A stretch of 32,000 nucleotides of DNA from Erysipelotrichaceae bacterium (GTDB taxonomy: Bacteria; Bacillota_I; Bacilli_A; Erysipelotrichales; Erysipelotrichaceae). Positions 17,165-24,640 of the stretch are shown here, in pieces (within the stretch, counting starts at the first letter, position 1; every line of letters begins with the position of its first letter). The notes below the pieces were generated by a model. The model worked only from the letters and a program-made list of their open reading frames with translations, did no database searches and had not been told where the DNA came from. The translations under genes were made by a program, and so were the position numbers. The stretch spans positions 660,001-692,000 of the forward strand of contig OY760660.1 in the NCBI GenBank assembly GCA_963663995.1, given 5' to 3'.

Positions 17165-17209
17165 ATGTAAGTACTTACTTACATTAACAAAGTTAAAATC
17201 AAAAGTCAA
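17165..17209 (-). promoter_or_regulatory. Promoter (TTGACT-17 nt-TAATGT) with overlapping dyad operator for the TetR-MMPL operon
   Basis: -35 TTGACT at 17209-17204 on the minus strand. A perfect 12-bp palindrome GTAAGTACTTAC lies at 17167-17178. It is nested in the inverted repeat ATGTAAG (17165-17171) / CTTACAT (17178-17184), immediately downstream of and overlapping the -10. Confidence 0.6.
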
Positions 17210-17211
17210 TA

Positions 17212-17240
17212 TAAAAAAGCATTTGATTTCTCAAATGCTT
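17212..17240 (-). terminator. Intrinsic terminator ending the VTC-DUF4956-lipoprotein operon
   Basis: The minus strand reads AAGCATTTGA-GAAA-TCAAATGCTT followed by TTTTTT. It lies 7 nt after the stop at 17247. Confidence 0.85.
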
Positions 17241-17246
17241 GAATTA

Positions 17247-19013
17247 TTAATTACGGCTAGGTCTAGTTCCACCAGGCTGTGCGGCGGACGAACCAAAACT
17301 TGTGATCGTTTGACTAATGCTAAAGGTACCAATACTTGTATAAGAACCCAGTGATCCAGAAGTAGCGACATAATCTGTGTAAGTCGCATCAGTTGAACCA
17401 CCCGAGACTAAAATATAATCACCATTAACAAGATTTAATCCACTGTAAACAATTGAACTCAGTGTTTTTGGTGCTTCTACTGAAACAATAATATTCCCAT
17501 CAGTATCAATTATACTAATAAGCTCACCTGCACTAACACCTGAGAAGTTTATCAAAACTGTATTTTGGCTTGAGCTTGTCGCTTGTTCGGCCATACCTGC
17601 TGATCCTACTGCTAAGAGTGTTCCACCATTTAAAGTAAATTGTCCATTGTAGTCAATGGCACCATTACCATTATTGGTTGGACCAAAAACAATCACTGTT
17701 CCATCATTCATAACAAGTGAGCCATTAGAGTCTAAACCATCACCAGAAGCATCCATCACGAGTGTTCCACCATTGATGGTAACCAAAACAGCTGCTTCTG
17801 CTGACATACTTTGTGAACCTGATCCTGATGATCCATTAATACCATCATCAAAGGATGTTAAATCAATTCTCCCATCATTAATGGTAATAACTGTTGCTTC
17901 AATCCCTTCGTAAGATTCAATGATGCTAATATTTCCTCCGTTGATAGTGATACTGTTATCAGAATGCAAACCATCATCTCCTGAAGATAAAGTAATCGTC
18001 CCATCATTAATGATTAAATTACCATTACTGTGTACAGAATCATCTTTTGCGCTAATGATAATATCACCACTATCAATAATGATTTCATTAACTGCTTTTA
18101 AACCTTTACCTGAATCCACTGAAGTCATTAATGAACCTGATGTGATATCAAAATCTCCAGAGATAATTTCTAGAATATTTTCTGCTTGAATACCATCATA
18201 ACCCGCATTAATTGTGATATCAGAACCTTCGATTAAGATATTTCCAACATCTGTGCTTTCAGCATTGCTTGATACAATCCCATCACCATTTGCAGTGATA
18301 TTTAAAATAACATTTTGTGCCCAAACAACATCTTTGCCTTTTATCGCATCATTTTTAGCAGTTACTGTGATATTTACATCGATCATTCTTAAATCATCTT
18401 TAGAATAAATACCATGATTGTAATTAGCAGTAACAATTAATTCGCCTGTACCGTTGAAAGTTAAATCTGATGATGAGAAGATTGCCGCATTTGGTTCCTC
18501 TTCAGCTTGGGCATATAAGCTGCCATCTTCAATCGTGTTTGTTGTCCCTTCTTTCAATGTAATGATGATTTTATCACCACTGTTAATTACGACAGCTGCA
18601 CCGCTTGTGTGTGTGATTGAAGCATTATCTAATACGATATGTACTTCTTCATCATCTGCCGCATTAACAATAATTTGACCATCCGTTAATGTCCCAGTTA
18701 TGACATAATCACCCCCACCATTAATGCTAATTAGTCCATTATCAATGCTTACATTGTTTCCATCTGTTGTTGCTGAATTTCCACTTAAAGTAATTGTTTC
18801 TTCATCATATACATCTGTTCTTAAATCTTCCTGTGTAAAATTAAAACTTAAAGATGTTTCTATCGATGTATTAGTTGTTTCTGTACTAGATGTTTCTTCT
18901 GTATTTGTATTTGTCTCATCAACGACTTCACTGTTTGAAGTTGTTGTACTACATCCAGCTAGTAATAGTGATAAGAGTAAGCCACTGCTCATTAATATTT
19001 TTTTAGATTTCAT
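17247..19013 (-). CDS. Cthe_2159-family beta-helix (carbohydrate/polyanion-binding type) lipoprotein
   Basis: The ORF track starts at 19088, overlapping the upstream gene by 71 nt. I prefer ATG 19013 (MKSKKILMSSGLLLSLLLAGCS), a classic lipoprotein signal with lipobox LLAGC and SD AGGA. A T/S/E/N-rich linker follows. Family-typical segments include GDYVITGTLTDGQIIVNA and EPNAAIFSSSDLTFNGTGELIVTANYNHGIYSKDDL. At least 8 coil repeats carry DG[ILV]x[SA] (DGIVSS, DGIQAE, DGLHSD, DGINGS, DGLDSN...). Confidence 0.8.
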   Translation of the reverse strand: MKSKKILMSSGLLLSLLLAGCSTTTSNSEVVDETNTNTEETSSTETTNTSIETSLSFNFTQEDLRTDVYDEETITLSGNSATTDGNNVSIDNGLISINGGGDYVITGTLTDGQIIVNAADDEEVHIVLDNASITHTSGAAVVINSGDKIIITLKEGTTNTIEDGSLYAQAEEEPNAAIFSSSDLTFNGTGELIVTANYNHGIYSKDDLRMIDVNITVTAKNDAIKGKDVVWAQNVILNITANGDGIVSSNAESTDVGNILIEGSDITINAGYDGIQAENILEIISGDFDITSGSLMTSVDSGKGLKAVNEIIIDSGDIIISAKDDSVHSNGNLIINDGTITLSSGDDGLHSDNSITINGGNISIIESYEGIEATVITINDGRIDLTSFDDGINGSSGSGSQSMSAEAAVLVTINGGTLVMDASGDGLDSNGSLVMNDGTVIVFGPTNNGNGAIDYNGQFTLNGGTLLAVGSAGMAEQATSSSQNTVLINFSGVSAGELISIIDTDGNIIVSVEAPKTLSSIVYSGLNLVNGDYILVSGGSTDATYTDYVATSGSLGSYTSIGTFSISQTITSFGSSAAQPGGTRPSRN

Positions 19014-19017
19014 AAAT

Positions 19018-19698
19018 TTATCCTGCATAGTCTCCATTGTAGCTAACGAGTTGTACATTTGATACACCTGTAATTTGCGCAATCGCATTCACAAAAGCGG
19101 TATCTTGATCTTTAAGTTGACACTCGTAAATCAACTCATGTTCATATTGAGATTGTGTTTTTGACTTTATTCTAAGTTTTCTTGTTCGACTTTCCAAAAT
19201 TCTAAAAGCTTCTTCTTCAGCATTTGCGCTTTCTAAGCGAAGTATCGCAATATATGCTGTATTCTCACCTGTTTGTTTACCTTTAAAGACTAAGAGTAAA
19301 CCGATAAACATTGACCCAAAGATGCCAAGAGGAATAAGTCCTGCGCCCATAACGATACCACCACCAATGGCCCAAAATAGAAAGACTAAATCAAGTGGAT
19401 CTTTTATCGCCGTTCTAAATCGAACAATGGATAAAGCCCCAACCATCCCTAAAGACAAAACTACATTGGATGTAACGGCCAAAATAACAAAGGTTGTTAG
19501 TAAGGTTAATAAGATTAAACTTAAATTAAAACTTTCTGAATACATTACCCCTAAGAATGTTCTTTTATAAATAATATAAATAAACATCCCTAAAATAAAT
19601 GAGGCGGATAAAGCTATTCCATAATCAACAAATGAGACAGCTGTCATATTCTCTAAAAACGAATTCTTAAAGACATCACTAAACGTTGTTAATAACAT
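19018..19698 (-). CDS. DUF4956-family integral membrane protein with a C-terminal soluble domain
   Basis: 226 aa with 4 predicted TM helices. The family hallmark SLGMVGALSIVRFRTAIKDPLDLVFLFWAIGGG is present. A ~95-aa soluble tail follows. SD AAGGAGA is upstream. The stop lies 4 nt before the lipoprotein ATG. Confidence 0.8.
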   Translation of the reverse strand: MLLTTFSDVFKNSFLENMTAVSFVDYGIALSASFILGMFIYIIYKRTFLGVMYSESFNLSLILLTLLTTFVILAVTSNVVLSLGMVGALSIVRFRTAIKDPLDLVFLFWAIGGGIVMGAGLIPLGIFGSMFIGLLLVFKGKQTGENTAYIAILRLESANAEEEAFRILESRTRKLRIKSKTQSQYEHELIYECQLKDQDTAFVNAIAQITGVSNVQLVSYNGDYAG

Positions 19699-19710
19699 AT
19701 TTTTTCTCCT

Positions 19711-20382
19711 TTAAATTTGAGACATTCGTCCCAAAACATATTTTGAATGAGCAATCCGTGAGGGATCAAAGCGTTTAATAGAGGCTTGAATAAAATCAGG
19801 AATAAAGCGATCATATTTTATTTCAAGTAGATTTTGAACACCCCACTTAGGTAAGCAAGCAAGGTTTTTATCAAAGAATCCTTTAACATTGATTGAGCTT
19901 TGTATCTTACGATCGATCGTAACCCTGACATTTCCACTTTCAAATTGAAAGGCTTCACGTTCATAATCAATGATAATAACCGGTCTTAATTGATTCTGTT
20001 TGACATCATGCATAAAGGCATGAGCTAAATCACTTTGACTCTTTTCTAAGAAATCAATCTCACCTTTCAGAATCTTTTCAACTTCATTTTTTTGAAGTCT
20101 TATATGTTCTTTTCGACCTTTATGATAATTTTTAGATTTTCTTTCAAGTAGTATAAATTCAGTATTGTAGTTATACATACGTATTCGATATTTACTACGT
20201 TTGGCTAAACCCATTTGATTTTGATGAAGACTTCGATCATAAATATCATCGAAATAGAGTGAGCGCACATGATACATACCATTTATCGCATGTTTATCAT
20301 GTTTAAGAACTTGCCTTAAGATATTGGATATCCTTAAATTATCTTCATGCTTAATTTCATATTTAATCTCATTTCGATACAT
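19711..20382 (-). CDS. VTC-domain (polyphosphate polymerase / triphosphate tunnel metalloenzyme-like) protein
   Basis: 223 aa. The N-terminus MYRNEIKYEIK matches the R-x-E-x-K-Y beta-1 signature of bacterial VTC/CYTH-like proteins. Alternating charged strands appear as YRIRMY, LLERKSK, RVTIDRK and LLEIKYD. SD AAGGGG is upstream. It is the first gene of a three-gene operon. Confidence 0.75.
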   Translation of the reverse strand: MYRNEIKYEIKHEDNLRISNILRQVLKHDKHAINGMYHVRSLYFDDIYDRSLHQNQMGLAKRSKYRIRMYNYNTEFILLERKSKNYHKGRKEHIRLQKNEVEKILKGEIDFLEKSQSDLAHAFMHDVKQNQLRPVIIIDYEREAFQFESGNVRVTIDRKIQSSINVKGFFDKNLACLPKWGVQNLLEIKYDRFIPDFIQASIKRFDPSRIAHSKYVLGRMSQI

Positions 20383-20475
20383 CCTATATCCCCTTTCCTT
20401 TGTTTACAGTGTTAATTCTAATCAACAAATATGGCGAGAATGTGGCAACAAAGAAACAAAAAAAGAACATATGAC

Positions 20476-20505
20476 TAGACAAATAGTCTTGAACCTGTGT
20501 ATAAT
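20476..20505 (+). promoter_or_regulatory. Candidate promoter for the DUF4395 gene (TAGACA-18 nt-TATAAT)
   Basis: TAGACA at 20476-20481 and a consensus TATAAT at 20500-20505, 34 nt upstream of the ATG at 20539. Confidence 0.45.
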
Positions 20506-20509
20506 ACAA

Positions 20510-20532
20510 ACCTACCTATAAGTATGGTAGGT
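20510..20532 (+). promoter_or_regulatory. 5'-UTR hairpin whose 3' arm is the only SD-like sequence of the DUF4395 gene
   Basis: Perfect 7-bp inverted repeat ACCTACC (20510-20516) / GGTAGGT (20526-20532) with a 9-nt loop. The ATG follows 6 nt later. Confidence 0.4.
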
Positions 20533-20538
20533 ATATAC

Positions 20539-20952
20539 ATGAAAACTATTCCACAACCCTTGGTAAGAGCTAATCAAGCCTTCGTCGCAAGTACTGCATT
20601 AGCCTATTTAATCTTTAAGAATGAAGTCTTTTTACTCATTCCTTTACTTAACTGTTTATTCTCTTTAGTCATCCATAAAAACTTCATCATGCTTATTGCG
20701 AAAAAGTTTTTAAGAAAACCACTCAATGAATATCATCAAGAAGATAAGGATGATCAACGTTTTAATCAAAGTTTAGCGATGACGATGTTTCTACTAGCGT
20801 ATATTAGTCATCTCTTAAGTTGGACCTTTAGTAGCGTTATCTTTGCCTCTATGGTTTTAATCGCATCGACGGTTGCTTTAATGGGCTTCTGTGTTGGATG
20901 TTTTATCCGTTTCCAATATAGAATGTACAAATATCGTAGAGCACAAGCTTAA
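20539..20952 (+). CDS. DUF4395-family small membrane protein
   Basis: The ORF track starts at 20497. I prefer ATG 20539 (MKTIPQPLVRANQAF...). It has 4 hydrophobic helices and a C-terminal GFCVGCFIRFQY (CxGC) segment typical of the family. Confidence 0.6.
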   Translation: MKTIPQPLVRANQAFVASTALAYLIFKNEVFLLIPLLNCLFSLVIHKNFIMLIAKKFLRKPLNEYHQEDKDDQRFNQSLAMTMFLLAYISHLLSWTFSSVIFASMVLIASTVALMGFCVGCFIRFQYRMYKYRRAQA

Positions 20953-20959
20953 ACAAACA

Positions 20960-20988
20960 AAACAGATTTCTAAAAAAATCTGTTTTTT
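20960..20988 (+). terminator. Intrinsic terminator of the DUF4395 gene
   Basis: 10-bp stem AAACAGATTT / AAATCTGTTT with a 6-nt loop, followed by TTT. Confidence 0.8.
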
Positions 20989-21000
20989 AATATCAACTAT

Positions 21001-21031
21001 AAAAAAAATGGAACTTGTTATAGTTCCATTT
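21001..21031 (-). terminator. Intrinsic terminator of the pfkA-pyk-ROK-pepS gene string
   Basis: The minus strand reads AAATGGAACT-ATAACA-AGTTCCATTT followed by TTTTT. It starts 6 nt after the pepS stop. Confidence 0.85.
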
Positions 21032-21036
21032 TTACA

Positions 21037-22272
21037 TTAGATTACGAAGTTACCGTCTTTAAATACTTGAACTTCAGTTCCATCATATTTAGTCCCAACA
21101 ATATTCATATCACTGGTTCCAAACATAAAGTCTTCATGTTCCATTGAGTTATTAGAGCCGGCCTTGTCCAATTCATCTTGAGTCATATCATGACCGCCTT
21201 TGATATTCATTGGATAAGCACGTCCTAGTGCTAGATGACAGGATGCATTTTCATCAAAGAGTGTATTCATAAAGAGAATACCAGAATTAGAAATTGGAGA
21301 ATCATAGTTGACTAAGGCAACTTCACCTAAGTAAGATGAACCTTCATCATATTCAACTAAACTCTTTAGTGTTTCTAAACCTTCTTTGGCATCATATTCT
21401 ACGACTTTTCCATCTTTAAATTTCAACCAGAATTCTTTCACAAGAACGCCATTGTAATTTAAAGGTTTAGACGCATAAACAATCCCATTAACCCCTGTTT
21501 TAAGTGGCATAGAGAAGTTTTCTTCAGTAGGCATATTGGCATTGAAGATAGTCCCATTTGTGCTTTCTTCGTTACCACCTGCCCAAATATGATCTTTAAC
21601 AAGTTCAACGACTAAATCAGTACCTAAACCTGAAGTAAAGTGGAGTGATTTAAAGTTGAAGTCATTTAAGACTTTATTGTTGTGTTGTAGACGTTTTGTA
21701 TGTGTGTCCCACTCAGCAACAGGATCATTATCTTCTTCGACACGAACGGCTGATAAGATTGCATTCCATAAGGATTCAACTGCTTCTTCAACACTTTGCT
21801 CAGGGAAAACTTTTAATGCCCAACTTGGAGTTGGAACGGAAATAACACACCATTGGGTACGATTCCCCATCGTATGCTCTCGCCACATTTTTAAAGCTTT
21901 ACTTGAAGCAATGCTTGCAGCCTGAAGTTTTTCAGGATCAATATCTGCAAGAAGTCCTGGTGTTGTCGCATGGACAGCGATTAAAGCATAACCTTTTTCA
22001 ATGTAATATTCATATTCCTTCACAACATATTCAGGAATTTCTTCTAATTGTTCTTTTGTTTTATAAGCATAACTAGAGTGCGCTGTGATTTCGTCATTCC
22101 AACGAACTCTGACATCAGATGCGCCAGCTTTATAGGCTTCTTCAACAATTAATCTAACAAATTCTTTTGTATCTGTATTCGCAGAAATCATTAAAGGTTG
22201 ACCCTTTTGTAGATTTGCTCCACTTAATACAGATAATTTAGCGTATTTTTCTAAACGCTTTTGACTAGGCAT
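21037..22272 (-). CDS. pepS: Aminopeptidase, M29 family (PepS/AmpS type)
   Basis: 411 aa. The N-terminus LEKYAKLSVLSGANLQKGQPL and the later motifs NMPTEE and HLALG are typical of M29 thermophilic-metalloprotease-type aminopeptidases. SD GGAGG is upstream. Confidence 0.85.
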   Translation of the reverse strand: MPSQKRLEKYAKLSVLSGANLQKGQPLMISANTDTKEFVRLIVEEAYKAGASDVRVRWNDEITAHSSYAYKTKEQLEEIPEYVVKEYEYYIEKGYALIAVHATTPGLLADIDPEKLQAASIASSKALKMWREHTMGNRTQWCVISVPTPSWALKVFPEQSVEEAVESLWNAILSAVRVEEDNDPVAEWDTHTKRLQHNNKVLNDFNFKSLHFTSGLGTDLVVELVKDHIWAGGNEESTNGTIFNANMPTEENFSMPLKTGVNGIVYASKPLNYNGVLVKEFWLKFKDGKVVEYDAKEGLETLKSLVEYDEGSSYLGEVALVNYDSPISNSGILFMNTLFDENASCHLALGRAYPMNIKGGHDMTQDELDKAGSNNSMEHEDFMFGTSDMNIVGTKYDGTEVQVFKDGNFVI

Positions 22273-22298
22273 ATAAACGACCTCCTATGCGATTCAAA

Positions 22299-23195
22299 TT
22301 AATGACCATGACTGATTGGCAACATCGCTGCACCAACAATACCAGGTTCTTTAAGTTCAGCACGAACAATCACAGGATTGCGCATACCGACATGGACTAA
22401 GCCATTATAGAAATTAATCATTTTATCAAAATAATAATCTTTTGATTTACTTACACCACCACCGATGACAAAGATATGTGGATCAACCACATGTGCTACA
22501 GCCGATAAGAGTGAAGCAAAATTAAAGGCCATTGTATCGACAATGTCTTGGGCGACTTTATCACCATCATTGGCTTTATCAAAGATGGATTTTGCAGAAG
22601 TGATACTTGGATCTAATTTAGCTTGTGCTTCTTTAACTAAAGCCGTTCCTGAAAAAAGATTTTCAGCAGCTCCAACATTAAGGTGATTAATTTTTTCACC
22701 ATCACGCGTTAAAATAATATTTCCAACTTCACCTGCATAACCATTACGGCCAGAGACAACTTTTCCATCCACCACTAGTGCACCACCAACACCTGTTGAA
22801 TGAGTGACATAATAACAGATTGGTTGACCTTTACCTGCACCTACTAAAGCTTCCGCTAAACCAGCAACATTCGCATCATTATCTACGTAGGTTGGAAGTT
22901 TAAATTCAGCTTCAATTTCTTTGGCCATTGGATATTCTTCAAAACCTGGAAGATTGGTTGCCATCGTCATTACACCACGGCGTGTATCTACAGGTCCTGG
23001 AACACCGATCCCAATGCCCACAACATCAGTCATATCTATCTTTTTAATCAATGATTTAAGATTATCCATGACTTTTTTTGTACCTTCTAAAGCGTACGAT
23101 TCAGAACTTTCTATTTGAAGAATGTCCCCACTTTCACTAACTTTGGCGACACGTACATTTGTACCACCTAAATCAATGCCAATAACTGCTTTCAT
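22299..23195 (-). CDS. ROK-family sugar kinase (glucokinase-like) lacking the canonical zinc-binding Cys motif
   Basis: 298 aa. ATP-binding N-terminus IGIDLGGTNVRVA, then DNDANVAG and GVGGAL. The expected E-x-G-H is EVGN, and the expected CxCGxxGCxE position reads HLNVGAAENL. Confidence 0.8.
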   Translation of the reverse strand: MKAVIGIDLGGTNVRVAKVSESGDILQIESSESYALEGTKKVMDNLKSLIKKIDMTDVVGIGIGVPGPVDTRRGVMTMATNLPGFEEYPMAKEIEAEFKLPTYVDNDANVAGLAEALVGAGKGQPICYYVTHSTGVGGALVVDGKVVSGRNGYAGEVGNIILTRDGEKINHLNVGAAENLFSGTALVKEAQAKLDPSITSAKSIFDKANDGDKVAQDIVDTMAFNFASLLSAVAHVVDPHIFVIGGGVSKSKDYYFDKMINFYNGLVHVGMRNPVIVRAELKEPGIVGAAMLPISHGH

Positions 23196-23207
23196 ATGAT
23201 GAGCTCC

Positions 23208-24632
23208 TTATTTGATCTCCACGATCTTCATCATATTGGCTGTGCCTTCTCCGGTTGGATATCCAGCTGTGATAATGACATAATCACCAGTGACTAAACC
23301 ACGATCACGGGCAATAATCATTGCGAGTTCATCATCGTTAGTCATTTCATTTTGGACATCTGATAAAATTGGAATTACACCCCAATATGTTTCAAGTTTA
23401 CGTTGTACAGACTTTGTAAAGGTAACCGCAAAAATAGGCACACTTGGTCTGAACTTAGAGATACGACGAGCAGTAGATCCACCTTGTGTAAAAGCCACAA
23501 TCGCTTTAACTTTTTCAAGTTGTAAAGCAGTATCGGCAACGGAAATACCAATCGCATCTTGGATTGTATGACGTGATGTTTTGATACTCATACCTAAACG
23601 ATCACGGTAAGGAATAATGTCTTCCATGGTCAAAGCAATAGTATTCATGGTTGAGACAGCTTCTAATGGATATAAACCAGCAGCCGTTTCACCTGATAAC
23701 ATAATCGCATCTGAACCGTCTAGTACTGCATTGGCAACGTCATTTGCTTCAGCACGCGTTGGACGTGGGTTGCCCATCATACTTTCTAACATATGGGTTG
23801 CGGTAATAACAGGTTTACCAAGTTCATTAGCACGCTTTATGATTGATTTTTGATAAATAGGGACTAGGGCAGTTGAAACTTCAACCCCTAAATCACCACG
23901 CGCAACCATCACGCCATCAGCTACTTCTAAAATGTCATCAAGATTGTCATAACCTTCTTGGTTTTCAATCTTCGCAATAATTTGAATTTTTGATTTATTT
24001 TCAGACACTAAAATTTTACGAATGTCTAAAACGTCTTTAGCACGACGAACAAAGGATGCTGCAATATAGTCAACATCTTTTTGACAACCAAAACGAATAT
24101 CTTTTTCATCTTTTTCAGAAACAAAAGGCATACTGAGTTTTACGTTAGGAACGTTAACCCCTTTACGTGATTTAATCCATCCTGGATTTTCGATACGGCA
24201 AGTCAATTCACCTTTTTTAACTTCTAAAATCGTTAATCTCATTTTCCCATCATCGATGAGTAAATAATCATCCACTTGAACATCATCAAAAAGTTCAGGA
24301 ACAATCACTTGGAAACGTTCTTTGTTTCCTTCTACTTCTTTTGAGACAACTTTAACAATATCGCCTTTAGCGAATTCAACGCCACCATTTTCCATCACAC
24401 CACAACGGATTTCAGGACCTTTAGTATCTAAAAGAATCGCAATGTTGTAGCCAGATACATCAGACACTTGTCTAACAGTATCCATACGAGCCCCTTGTTC
24501 TGCGTGATCACCGTGTGAGAAGTTTAAACGGACGATATTCATCCCAGCTTCTGCTAATTTTTGAATCATTTCAGGTGTTTCACTAGACGGGCCTAATGTA
24601 CACACAATTTTAGTTTTACGAATTTTATTCAT
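23208..24632 (-). CDS. pyk: Pyruvate kinase (short form, no C-terminal PEP-utiliser extension)
   Basis: 474 aa. Contains KIVCTLGPS, NFSHG, DTKGPEIR and the signature IAKIENQEG...MVARGDLGVE. Confidence 0.95.
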   Translation of the reverse strand: MNKIRKTKIVCTLGPSSETPEMIQKLAEAGMNIVRLNFSHGDHAEQGARMDTVRQVSDVSGYNIAILLDTKGPEIRCGVMENGGVEFAKGDIVKVVSKEVEGNKERFQVIVPELFDDVQVDDYLLIDDGKMRLTILEVKKGELTCRIENPGWIKSRKGVNVPNVKLSMPFVSEKDEKDIRFGCQKDVDYIAASFVRRAKDVLDIRKILVSENKSKIQIIAKIENQEGYDNLDDILEVADGVMVARGDLGVEVSTALVPIYQKSIIKRANELGKPVITATHMLESMMGNPRPTRAEANDVANAVLDGSDAIMLSGETAAGLYPLEAVSTMNTIALTMEDIIPYRDRLGMSIKTSRHTIQDAIGISVADTALQLEKVKAIVAFTQGGSTARRISKFRPSVPIFAVTFTKSVQRKLETYWGVIPILSDVQNEMTNDDELAMIIARDRGLVTGDYVIITAGYPTGEGTANMMKIVEIK

Positions 24633-24640
24633 TTTTTCTC

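Noticed and set aside
17656-19062. Five long plus-strand ORFs (85, 89, 64, 74 and 112 aa), all in the same frame and antisense to the beta-helix lipoprotein gene. Together they form an almost continuously open ~1.4-kb antisense frame.
   Set aside because: The sense gene is dominated by I/T/S/G/D/N codons (ATT, ACT, GAT, GGT, AAT...). Their reverse complements rarely create stop codons, so a long open antisense frame is expected. The translated products are low-complexity (S/P/I/L-rich). They have no SD sites or promoters, and the sense gene has strong family-level motifs.
19014-19088. ORF-track N-terminal extension of the lipoprotein (MRLRKLQVYQMYNSLATMETMQDKF...), overlapping the DUF4956 gene by 71 nt.
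   Set aside because: The internal Met at 19013 starts a textbook lipoprotein signal peptide (MKSKKILMSSGLLLSLLLAGC). It has an SD and sits 4 nt after the DUF4956 stop. The extension has no signal-peptide logic and would bury the lipobox.
20324-20521. 65-aa plus-strand ORF spanning the VTC gene 5' end and the divergent intergenic region.
   Set aside because: It starts inside the opposite-strand VTC coding sequence and runs through the promoter and UTR of the DUF4395 gene. It has no SD. I treat it as a chance ORF in AT-rich spacer.
15891-24000. Remaining short ORFs overlapping annotated genes: 15891-16100, 17106-17354, 19322-19570, 21656-21925, 22465-22686, 22921-23118, 23290-23571, 23375-23557, 23617-23853. 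By the same logic I also reject 8457-8642, 26165-26419, 29055-29246 and 30780-31007, which lie outside these coordinates.
   Set aside because: Each is antisense to, or frame-shifted within, a confidently identified enzyme or transporter gene. Each lacks its own ribosome-binding site or terminator. None has recognisable motifs.
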